From contig JAZODX010000152.1 of assembly GCA_045597265.1 (NCBI GenBank), positions 1 to 54,315 on the forward strand: 54,315 nt of DNA, given 5' to 3'. How positions within the stretch are numbered: position 1 is the first letter of the stretch; each line of letters opens with the position of its first letter. Origin of the DNA: Eubacteriales bacterium (GTDB taxonomy: Bacteria > Bacillota > Clostridia > Oscillospirales > CAG-272). The position numbers and the translations under genes are program-made. Below are positions 35,217-42,855 of this stretch, piece after piece. Under the pieces are notes generated by a model. The model was not told the DNA's origin, ran no database searches, and saw nothing but the letters and a program-made list of their open reading frames with translations.

Positions 35217-35976
35217 AGTATTGTCCTCCGGTCAAAATTTCATTCGTCGCGAGCGAGGGGGCTTGCCTTTGTTCCTCGCGCGGCAGGGTGGCAAAATAGG
35301 TGCCGTATTTGGAAAAAGAAGCTTTGTACAGCTCGGCGCGGGTGAGTGCATCAACCATCCAGAGCGGAATTGCCCCGGGCGCCTTGATTTCCATCAGCGT
35401 CTGCCCCGGCGCAAGCAAGGCGCGGCCGCCTACGTCGGCAGAGAGCGAGAGACGGTCGGCGCGTGCGAGAATATTTTCGTCAAAGGTCACGCGGAAGCCG
35501 TCGGCACAGTCGGTGTCGGGGAGTGGGGCAAAGGCCTCCCGCTCGTAGGAGAGAAAGACCACCGGGCGAAGCGTCGCGTAGAATTGGCGGAAGTATTCGA
35601 TTTCCTCCTCAATCTGCGTGCGGCACATCGGCGCTTTACCCGTACAAAGCCACTCGATCGCCTCCTGCTCGGGCATCGTCAGTCGGCGCTTGTATACCAC
35701 CTTTTTGTATTTTTTCTTCAGCTCGACGAAAACCTGCTCGCCGGGCGCAATCTGCCGATAACTGCGTATACGAAGCTTTTCCTTGTACACCGGCTTCTCG
35801 AGCGAGCGACGGATCAGGCGGTAATTTTCGGTGTCGAAATAGAGATTGCGGATCGTCGTTCGGCCGTAGCCGTCGAGGCGCATTCTCCCCGCCATTGCCG
35901 CAAGGACGCTTTCCTTCTGCGCGGCAGACAGAATATATTTCAGCTCGTAGCGCTTGAATACGGTTTGAACAGCCAT
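35209..35976 (-). CDS. VTC-domain (polyphosphate-polymerase-like, triphosphate-tunnel) protein
   Basis: FKRYELKYIL, NLYFDT, EKPVYKEKLRIRSY and VELKKKYKKVVYKRR are typical of bacterial VTC-domain proteins. Confidence 0.8.
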   Translation of the reverse strand: MAVQTVFKRYELKYILSAAQKESVLAAMAGRMRLDGYGRTTIRNLYFDTENYRLIRRSLEKPVYKEKLRIRSYRQIAPGEQVFVELKKKYKKVVYKRRLTMPEQEAIEWLCTGKAPMCRTQIEEEIEYFRQFYATLRPVVFLSYEREAFAPLPDTDCADGFRVTFDENILARADRLSLSADVGGRALLAPGQTLMEIKAPGAIPLWMVDALTRAELYKASFSKYGTYFATLPREEQRQAPSLATNEILTGGQYYA

Positions 35977-36198
35977 TCTTCCCCTCCTTTCCTTGTGCCA
36001 TCAGTATAGCCGAGCAACCTTAATTGAACCTAAACCGGCGTGTGAATTTGTGTGACGGTTGGCTGAAGATTTCGTGCGCAACCGACATTTTTCGTCACGC
36101 GGAGAGGAAATCGGACATAAACTGGGGATGCAGGCATACGCCTGCGCAGACAAAAATGAAGAAGGGAAGACTCGCCATGCGAGTCAAGGTGAAAACCA

Positions 36199-37053
36199 AT
36201 GGCACAGTTTACTAACCAGGCCCAGCTGACCTATCGCGGCGGTGCGGTCAACTCAAACGTCGCCGTCGGTGAGGTGCTGGAGGTACTTGATGCGACGAAG
36301 ACGGTACTCAGCGGAAGCTATGCACGGGGGGATGATCTGACCTACGTGATCTCGCTGGTCAATTCGGGGCAGACGCCACTCAGCGGCGTAACGGTGAGCG
36401 ATGACCTCGGTGCGTATACCTTCTCGACGCAAGCGGTCTATCCGCTTGCGTACGTGGACGGCTCTCTGCGCGTTTTTGCCAACGGCGTGCTCGCCGCGGC
36501 CCCCGCTGTTAACCCCGGGCCGCCCCTCGTCGTCTCGGGGCTGACCGTTCCCGCCGAGGGAAATCTGCTCCTCGTTTACGAGGCTCGCGTAACCGCCTTT
36601 GCGTCGCTTGCGGAAACGGGATCGATCACCAATACCGCCACCGTCACGGGCGGCGGTATCCTGACCCCCATCGAGGTCAGCGCATCGGTATCCGCCGCGG
36701 CAGCGCCCGAGCTGACCGTTACCAAGACCGTCACGCCGGTGCCCGTTGCCGAGAACGGACGGCTGACCTACACCTTTATCATCCAGAATACGGGTAACCG
36801 CGCGGCGGTCACAACCGACGATATCAGCCTTACCGATGATTTCGATCCGATTCTGAGCGATCTCGCCGTCACCCTCGACGGTGTCGCGCTGAGTGAACCC
36901 GCCGATTACACGTATGATGAGACGATTGGGCGTTTCGCCACCGTGCCGGGACGGATCACCGTTCCCGCTGCCACCTACACGCAGGACCCCGCCGGCGGCG
37001 CGTGGATCATCACGCCCGGTACTGCCCGCCTCGTCATCACCGGAACGGTTTGA
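36199..37053 (+). CDS. DUF11 (conserved repeat domain) protein without a signal peptide
   Basis: There are two DUF11-like Ig-fold repeats (TKTV..GDDLTYVISLVNSGQTPLSGVTVSDDLG, and TVTKTVTPVPVAENGRLTYTFIIQNTGN). The N-terminus MAQFTNQAQLTY is not hydrophobic. Confidence 0.7.
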   Translation: MAQFTNQAQLTYRGGAVNSNVAVGEVLEVLDATKTVLSGSYARGDDLTYVISLVNSGQTPLSGVTVSDDLGAYTFSTQAVYPLAYVDGSLRVFANGVLAAAPAVNPGPPLVVSGLTVPAEGNLLLVYEARVTAFASLAETGSITNTATVTGGGILTPIEVSASVSAAAAPELTVTKTVTPVPVAENGRLTYTFIIQNTGNRAAVTTDDISLTDDFDPILSDLAVTLDGVALSEPADYTYDETIGRFATVPGRITVPAATYTQDPAGGAWIITPGTARLVITGTV

Positions 37054-37062
37054 GCAAAATGT

Positions 37063-37465
37063 GAAAAAGGGACTGCCGCCATAGGGTGATGTCCTTAGCG
37101 GAGAATTTTACACTTTTTGAAAAGTGCGAGCATCGCATTTGACTAGTCAAACGCAAATGGGCTAAGCCCAAACCCATATTACAAGCAGAAAGAGAGAACA
37201 GACGGTTCATAGCCGAAAGTTCTCTCTTTTCTGTTGGTATAAAGTGATATTCTTTGCTGACGCAAAGAGTGATATTGTCGCACAACGACAGTGATATTGA
37301 AGCCTTACGGCTTCAGTGATATTCTATTCGCCTATAAACTTGCGAAGCAAATATCACTCGGCGTAAGCCGAATATCACTGCGTAGCAATAGAACTCGCCG
37401 AAGGCGAATAGAGTTAGCGTGATACTCCGTTAAGAGTATCACGCTATGGCGGCAGTCCCTTTTTC
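37063..37465. repeat. Non-coding element bounded by inverted repeats, containing a 9-mer/mini-hairpin array (MITE-like or a structured RNA)
   Basis: The 22-bp perfect inverted repeat is GAAAAAGGGACTGCCGCCATAG (37063-37084) against CTATGGCGGCAGTCCCTTTTTC (37444-37465). AGTGATATT occurs four times in direct orientation and AATATCACT twice, each pair separated by a short perfect hairpin. I see no credible ORF. Confidence 0.8.
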
Positions 37466-37499
37466 GCATATGCAAGCCCGAGCCGTGCGCACGGGGCGC

Positions 37500-38033
37500 T
37501 TACCACAGGCGGATGCGCGGACGAAGCTTAAAGAGATAGAACAAAATCAAGCGGGAGAGCGCGATATCGTAGATCACGAAAACCGCGTTGGCAATCAGGA
37601 ATACCGCCGCCGTAAAGCCGAGGTCGGTGTCGGGCAGACCGAGGACGACGGTGCTGAGCAGGATGAGAAGCATCAGCGCGGTGTTAAAAAAGGAAAACTT
37701 CAATATCCAGGCGAGAATGTAATGCCGCCGTTCGAAAATTGCCTTCATCATCGGGTAGATGCCCGCAAAAAGCAGATAGACCAGAGCAGCAAATTTGGTC
37801 GGCAGAATCAGAAGCGAGAGGGCTGACGTTACCCCCCAGAGCATCCAGGGGAAAGCGCCGCCGACCTCGAGGACGGCGAACACCACGAGAAGGGACGCCA
37901 TCGCCGCGGTTGTCAGGTCGAGGACCTCGATGACCGCACCGAGCCAGAGAATCACGACGCTGAGCGCCGCGAGCACGGCGCCGAGCGACAGCCGACGCGT
38001 CCGTGCGGAAATTCGATTTTTTTCGTTGCGCAT
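37500..38033 (-). CDS. Multi-pass membrane protein of unknown function
   Basis: I take the ATG at 38033 as the start (MRNEKNRISARTRR...). There are about 5 hydrophobic helices, and it is the last gene of the DUF5685/J-domain operon. Confidence 0.7.
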   Translation of the reverse strand: MRNEKNRISARTRRLSLGAVLAALSVVILWLGAVIEVLDLTTAAMASLLVVFAVLEVGGAFPWMLWGVTSALSLLILPTKFAALVYLLFAGIYPMMKAIFERRHYILAWILKFSFFNTALMLLILLSTVVLGLPDTDLGFTAAVFLIANAVFVIYDIALSRLILFYLFKLRPRIRLW

Positions 38034-38056
38034 ATCCGTTACCTCGCAAATACCGC

Positions 38057-38683
38057 TCAGCAGGGGAGCAGATTGCCGCCCATGCATTCACAGCAGCAGT
38101 CGGCGCAAAGAAGACCGGTGCAGAGGTCGCAGCCCGAGCAGGTCTGGCCGTTCATCCCGGTGGAATAGGGGCGGCCGAAGGACTGCGTGCGCTGGCGAAG
38201 CTGATCCCGTGCCTGCGCGTATTCGTAATTGGAGGGATCAAGGGTGCAGGCGGTATCAAAGGATTGCTGTGCGTCAAAGGTCCAGCCGCGGCGGAGCTGA
38301 ATACAGCCCTGCAGGAAGTGCCACTCGGCAGAGCGGTCTGCTACGGGGACGGCCTGCAGAATGCGCGCCGCCTCAAGAATACTGCCCTGATTGATCAGCA
38401 CGCGAACCCGCGCGTAGGTGGGTGCGCCCGAGCCCGAGTAGCTTCCCCCTGCGGTTGAGCCGCCGTAAGTGCTGCCCGCGTTGCCCGTCCCCGCCTCGCG
38501 CTGACGCTGAATCTCGTCGTACGCGGCGTTGATCTCTTTCATTTTTTCCTCCGCAACGTCGGCCAGATCGCTGTCCCGATATTTATCGGGATGATACTTG
38601 CGCGCCAGATTGCGGTAGGCCTTTTTGATTTCTTCGTCGGATGCGTCTCGGCTTACGCCAAGCGTCTTATAAGGATCGGTCAT
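38057..38683 (-). CDS. J-domain protein with a C-terminal cysteine string
   Basis: The N-terminal J domain reads [30 protein letters not shown]. The last 28 residues contain 9 cysteines ([27 protein letters not shown]). Confidence 0.85.
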   Translation of the reverse strand: MTDPYKTLGVSRDASDEEIKKAYRNLARKYHPDKYRDSDLADVAEEKMKEINAAYDEIQRQREAGTGNAGSTYGGSTAGGSYSGSGAPTYARVRVLINQGSILEAARILQAVPVADRSAEWHFLQGCIQLRRGWTFDAQQSFDTACTLDPSNYEYAQARDQLRQRTQSFGRPYSTGMNGQTCSGCDLCTGLLCADCCCECMGGNLLPC

Positions 38684-38708
38684 GTTTTTCTCCGTTTAAT
38701 CGATATCG

Positions 38709-39578
38709 TCATTTCTGCCGGGCGGGCTCCTCGGGGAAGAGCACGGCGCGTGCGGCGCGGGGCATGCCCAGATACAGCACGTTGCGCAAAACACCTGCGT
38801 TGTCGGGACTTTGGTCAAGCTCAAGCAAATCCATCGCGGCCTCGACCCCCATCAACTCTGCGGTCAGCGCGTCGGCGTAGCTTTGCCGCGTCTCCCCGTC
38901 GATCGGCTCGCCGCCGTGTCGGGCGGCGGAGAAGGGATTATAGCGGCCGAGACGGCAGTCTTCGGCGTAGTCGTCCAGCGCGTCAAGCACGTAGAGCCAG
39001 CGGCCGAGATGATGGCCGAGTTCTCCCGCCACCCGCGCCTCATCGCCCGAGAGGCCGGAGGACGCCAGCGCGCGCATCAGTCTGCCGAACGTGTCTGCCG
39101 GCTGATCGACCGACGGGACGCGCGCCGCCTCCAGTGCGTGCAGAGCGTCCAGTGCGTCGCCGATTTCGCCGTCGAGCGCCGATTCCCCCGCGCGCCGCCG
39201 CATGGCGGCAAGAAAGGGAAGGGCAAGTCTTGCTCGCGTCCTGCGCCAGCCGCGCTCGTCGTCGATGTCGTCCCGCAGCTTGTGGTAGCCGAGCAGAGCG
39301 GCCGCCCGCGCGCAGTAGTCAAGCGCCTCGTTGGGGTCGGCAACCGAGCGTTTCTTCGTCGGATGCGCAAGACAGCGGCGCGCCGTGAAGGTGGGAGTCT
39401 CCCCCGTCGCGGCTATGCGGATCAGCGCGAGATAGGCAAAATCGTAGCTGAGGGTCAGGCGGGACAAGCAGCCGGTGCATCGCCCCATGGCACGGCAAAG
39501 TCCGCAGTAAACGCCGCGATAGTAAGCGTCCTCACGCACCTTCAGCTCGGGTGCGTGGGGCTTGATATAGCCGAACAA
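38709..39578 (-). CDS. DUF5685 family protein
   Basis: A TTG start lies 6 nt after GAGGGGGG. The N-terminus MFGYIKPHAPELKVREDAYYRGVYCGLCRAMG is typical of DUF5685. Confidence 0.75.
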   Translation of the reverse strand: MFGYIKPHAPELKVREDAYYRGVYCGLCRAMGRCTGCLSRLTLSYDFAYLALIRIAATGETPTFTARRCLAHPTKKRSVADPNEALDYCARAAALLGYHKLRDDIDDERGWRRTRARLALPFLAAMRRRAGESALDGEIGDALDALHALEAARVPSVDQPADTFGRLMRALASSGLSGDEARVAGELGHHLGRWLYVLDALDDYAEDCRLGRYNPFSAARHGGEPIDGETRQSYADALTAELMGVEAAMDLLELDQSPDNAGVLRNVLYLGMPRAARAVLFPEEPARQK

Positions 39579-39738
39579 AGCCGTCCCCCCTCAAATGTAT
39601 TCATCATCATGATACCCGATATCGGCGGCGAATACAACCTATGAATTGTAAATATTTGTGTTCTTTTCGGTAAAAATCCGTTTTTTTCGGCCGTTTTTTG
39701 TGCGTGGCGAAAAAAAGCAAAAAAATTTCAAAAAGTGC

Positions 39739-39767
39739 TTGACAAAGTATGACGGTTATGTTATAAT
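39739..39767 (+). promoter_or_regulatory. Promoter of tRNA-Thr
   Basis: TTGACA(39739-39744)-17-TATAAT(39762-39767), ending 13 nt before the tRNA 5' end. Confidence 0.75.
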
Positions 39768-39780
39768 AACTGACGTTGAC

Positions 39781-39856
39781 GCTGCTATGGCTCAGTTGGT
39801 AGAGCACATCCTTGGTAAGGATGAGGTCATCAGTTCGACTCTGATTAGCAGCTCCA
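39781..39856 (+). tRNA. tRNA-Thr, anticodon GGT, with encoded CCA
   Basis: GCTGCTATGGCTCAGTTGGTAGAGCACATCCTTGGTAAGGATGAGGTCATCAGTTCGACTCTGATTAGCAGCTCCA. The cloverleaf is complete and the anticodon loop is TT-GGT-AA. Confidence 0.9.
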
Positions 39857-39860
39857 GGAA

Positions 39861-39887
39861 AGCATCGGGAATACCCGGTGCTTTTTC
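39861..39887 (+). terminator. Terminator after tRNA-Thr
   Basis: AGCATCGGG-AATA-CCCGGTGCT followed by TTTTCT. Confidence 0.8.
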
Positions 39888-39916
39888 TGTTTTATTTGCA
39901 AAAGTGAGATTTCCTC

Positions 39917-39974
39917 GGGGAGGCCCTTTTTTCAAAAAGGGCCTCCCCGAACCCCTCTCCAAAAACTTTTGGGG
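39917..39974 (+). repeat. Intergenic repeat family A copy
   Basis: A 14-bp stem GGGGAGGCCCTTTT-TTCA-AAAAGGGCCTCCCC, then GAACCCC, TCTCC and AAAAACTTTTGGGG. Confidence 0.7.
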
Positions 39975-40118
39975 AAAGGGAGTTCGCCTGATTATTCCTT
40001 AAAATTTGCAAAATGGGAATAATAAATTGACGTTTTTTTGAAAAATATATTGGCATTGTTCCTAAAATTTGATATAATGTATCCGGTGAGATTGTATTTG
40101 GCCCGGGAGGATTCGGTT

Positions 40119-41024
40119 ATGGAATATATTAAGGTATCAAAAGCTGCTGAAAAATGGGGGATTTCCGCGCGGCGCGTTCGCGCTTTGTGTGCGGCGGGCA
40201 AGATTGACGGTGTAATCCGCCAAGGAAGTCTGTATATGATTCCTGCTTCTGTTGCAAAGCCTGCGGATGGGAGAAAGGGCAGAGCGGGGTACCTGCATGA
40301 CCTGGAAAAGAAGCGTGATCTTCTTTCGGCAAGGCCTCTCCTGACGCCCGGAGAGGTCGAAAGACTTGCCCATGAGTTTATGGTTGATTTTACCTACAAC
40401 TCCAATGCGATCGAGGGGAATACGCTCACTTTGAAAGAAACTGCATTGGCTCTTGAAGGAATGACAATCGACCAAAAGCCTTTGAAGGATCACCTTGAAG
40501 CCGTAGGGCATCGGGATGCCTTCCTCTATGTTCAAGAGATGGCAAAAAACGAAGTGGAGCTTTCGGAATATGTGATCAAGAATATCCACGCGCTTGTGTT
40601 GATGAACCGTCCCGAAGATAAGGGGCAGTATCGTCGTATTCCCGTTCGCATTATGGGGGCATATACCGAGCCCGTTCAGCCGTATCTGATTGCACCTAAG
40701 ATGAACGAATTACTTGTTGCCAACGAGGAGCGCAAACGCAGAATGACGACGGTTGAGCGCGTTGCCCGTTTTCATCTTGAATTTGAGGGGATACACCCCT
40801 TCGTTGATGGAAACGGCAGAACGGGGCGCCTGATTCTCAATCTCGAATTGATTCGCAACGGATTCCCGCCAATCAACGTAAAATTTACCGATCGCAAGCG
40901 TTACTACGATGCTTTTGATGCCTTCTATCGTGACGGTGACGCAGGAAAAATGATAGACTTGATTGCAGAATACATGGACAAAAGACTTGACGAATATTTG
41001 AATGTGTTGGATGATAACCAATAA
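40119..41024 (+). CDS. Fic family protein (AMPylase-type) with an N-terminal HTH
   Basis: The Fic motif HPFVDGNGRTGR is present, together with an inhibitory-helix-like SNAIEG upstream and an N-terminal excisionase/MerR-like HTH (ISARRVRALCAAGKI). The ATG at 40119 follows a GGGAGG site. Confidence 0.85.
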   Translation: MEYIKVSKAAEKWGISARRVRALCAAGKIDGVIRQGSLYMIPASVAKPADGRKGRAGYLHDLEKKRDLLSARPLLTPGEVERLAHEFMVDFTYNSNAIEGNTLTLKETALALEGMTIDQKPLKDHLEAVGHRDAFLYVQEMAKNEVELSEYVIKNIHALVLMNRPEDKGQYRRIPVRIMGAYTEPVQPYLIAPKMNELLVANEERKRRMTTVERVARFHLEFEGIHPFVDGNGRTGRLILNLELIRNGFPPINVKFTDRKRYYDAFDAFYRDGDAGKMIDLIAEYMDKRLDEYLNVLDDNQ

Positions 41025-41183
41025 AAGCAAAACAAAGGGAACAACCAATCCTTTGTGAAATGTAAACATTTTGTTAACACTTTCGCGCGCGTGTATCGTA
41101 AAGGCAATGTTGTCGCATGTTATATTTTCCAATTTCATCTTTGCCTGTACAATATAAATATTATGGTACACGGAGGCAAGATC

Positions 41184-41549
41184 ATGGTGGATTATACGGC
41201 GATAGGGAAACGGATACGCAAATACCGCGAGAATATGCACATGACGCAGTACGATCTTGCGATGACGATCGGGATGTCCAATACGACGATAAGCCACATT
41301 GAGTGCGGGCAGGGCAAGCACGAATTTGCGACGTACGTCAAAATTGCGAATGCGCTGAACGTCTCGATGGATATGCTGCTGTGTGACAACCTTCGGGTTT
41401 CCGCGCCGACCTATCACGCGGAGCTGAGCGAAATTTTGCTTGCCTGCACGGGCGAGGAGCTGCGATTTATCCGCGAGGCGATTCCGGCTCTGCTTAGCGC
41501 CTACCGCTGTGCACGCGGGGATCAGATTAAAACAGTTGGAGAAAAATGA
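41184..41549 (+). CDS. XRE-family HTH transcriptional regulator
   Basis: Contains IGKRIRKYRENMHMTQYDLAMTIGMSNTTISHIECG. The ATG at 41184 follows a GGAGG site. Confidence 0.8.
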   Translation: MVDYTAIGKRIRKYRENMHMTQYDLAMTIGMSNTTISHIECGQGKHEFATYVKIANALNVSMDMLLCDNLRVSAPTYHAELSEILLACTGEELRFIREAIPALLSAYRCARGDQIKTVGEK

Positions 41550-41550
41550 G

Positions 41551-42117
41551 ATGCTGGATTTGACGTTTTATTTATCCACTCTGGACGACGATGCGGAACG
41601 GGACAAGCTTTCCCTGATCTACGAGCGCTATTATGATTCCATGCGCTACGCGGCGCGGCGTTACGTCGGGCAATACGGTGCGGACGAGGACGCGGTGCAC
41701 GAAGCGATTTTGAAGATCATTGATCATCTCGATAAAATTGACCTTGGCGACGATCTCGGCGCACGCTGTTTCGTTTGTACCGTTGCGGCGAACAAGGCGA
41801 AGGATTGGTTGAAGAAGGAGAAGAAATTCCAGATATCGGACATTGACAACGCGGTGCTCTACGACGAGGACGTCGACAGTCTGCCGATGGAAGCGCTGCT
41901 GAGCAAGGAGGGCTATCAGCAGCTGATCGACTGTATTGGTTCGCTGGGCGAAATTTACCGCGACGTGTGTATGCTGAAATACGTCAGCCATCTCAAGGAA
42001 AGGGAGATTGCCGAGGTACTGGAGATCAGCCCGAAAACCGTCAGCGTCCGCATCGTGCGTGCACATCGGATGTTGCGGGCCAAAATCATGGAGAAAATCC
42101 CGGAGGGCGTGAAATGA
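41551..42117 (+). CDS. Sigma-70 family (ECF-like) RNA polymerase sigma factor
   Basis: Region 2 (DEDAVHEAILKIIDHL) and region 4 (REIAEVLEISPKTVSVRIVRAHRML) are both recognisable. The start lies 1 nt after the XRE gene's stop codon. Confidence 0.8.
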   Translation: MLDLTFYLSTLDDDAERDKLSLIYERYYDSMRYAARRYVGQYGADEDAVHEAILKIIDHLDKIDLGDDLGARCFVCTVAANKAKDWLKKEKKFQISDIDNAVLYDEDVDSLPMEALLSKEGYQQLIDCIGSLGEIYRDVCMLKYVSHLKEREIAEVLEISPKTVSVRIVRAHRMLRAKIMEKIPEGVK

Positions 42118-42791
42118 TTAATCGGAAGGTTGATGAAGCCGTATTTGAGCTGCTGCTGACGCACGCGTTCCGCGATGCGTATGCAAGGGAGACCGAGCGG
42201 GCAGAGGCCGAAGGGGAAGCCTGCCCCGCGCCGTCTGCGGCGCACCGCAGGCAGGAGAAGCGGTATTACCGAAGAAAACGGCGAGGGACTCTGCGCGTGT
42301 CCACGGTGCTGGCACGGACGGCGGCCTGCCTTTTGGCCTTTATGGGCATCGGCTTTGGCGCCATGCTCTTCTCCCAGCCCGTCCGCGCGGCGGTTTGGGA
42401 CACGGTGATCACGGTGTTTGAGAAATATTTCGTCTTTGACGCACCCACAGAAGAACCTGCACTCGTCCTCGACGGGCATACCTTCGGGTATATCCCGGAG
42501 GGGTTTGAGTTGGTGGATTCTCAGGTGCTTGAGCGAGTGAGTCGATACCAATTCAGCAATGGCAGTGAAGAATTTGTCATCGGCTTCTCGTCGTCAGACG
42601 CGATGGCATTACAATGGAATAGCGAAGATGGCGCTTTGTCCAAAATTGAGCTTAACGGAATAGAAGCGTACTGGAAGGAATCCGAAAATGGATACGGTGT
42701 GCTGTTCTGGACGGCAAATGGCCAAACAATTTATGTTCAGGGAAATATTGGTCAATTCACTATAAAAAATATTGCAAAAAATATTTCATAA
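42114..42791 (+). CDS. Single-pass membrane protein with a DUF4367-like C-terminal domain (candidate anti-sigma factor)
   Basis: An ATGA overlap joins it to the sigma gene. A transmembrane helix (TAACLLAFMGIGFGAMLF) follows an Arg-rich cytoplasmic part, and the extracytoplasmic domain reads FGYIPEGFELVD... Confidence 0.65.
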   Translation: MINRKVDEAVFELLLTHAFRDAYARETERAEAEGEACPAPSAAHRRQEKRYYRRKRRGTLRVSTVLARTAACLLAFMGIGFGAMLFSQPVRAAVWDTVITVFEKYFVFDAPTEEPALVLDGHTFGYIPEGFELVDSQVLERVSRYQFSNGSEEFVIGFSSSDAMALQWNSEDGALSKIELNGIEAYWKESENGYGVLFWTANGQTIYVQGNIGQFTIKNIAKNIS

Positions 42792-42800
42792 TTTGTAGTA

Positions 42801-42851
42801 AAACCCTCCTTTGAATCGTTATATGAGTGAAAACGATTCAAAGGAGGGTTT
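42801..42851 (+). promoter_or_regulatory. 20-bp perfect hairpin whose 3' arm contains the ribosome-binding site of the next ORF
   Basis: AAACCCTCCTTTGAATCGTT-(11-nt loop)-AACGATTCAAAGGAGGGTTT. The AAGGAGGG sequence lies within the 3' arm and the ATG is at 42856. Confidence 0.75.
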
Positions 42852-42855
42852 CGTT

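Noticed and set aside
37243-37379. Possible CRISPR array formed by the AGTGATATT repeats
   Set aside because: The repeats are only 9 nt long, and the intervening 12-16-nt segments are themselves palindromic hairpins. Two units are inverted, and no cas genes are present in the window. This does not match CRISPR geometry.
37063-37465. Retron msr/msd locus (flanking inverted repeats around a structured region)
   Set aside because: No reverse transcriptase gene lies adjacent on either side, the neighbours being a DUF11 protein and a membrane protein. The 22-bp termini plus internal iterated 9-mers also do not resemble the a1/a2 architecture.
38591-39644. 265- and 277-aa plus-strand ORFs over the DUF5685 gene
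   Set aside because: They have an extremely Arg/Pro/Ala-rich composition and are antisense to a gene with a family-typical N-terminus. They are artefacts of high GC content.
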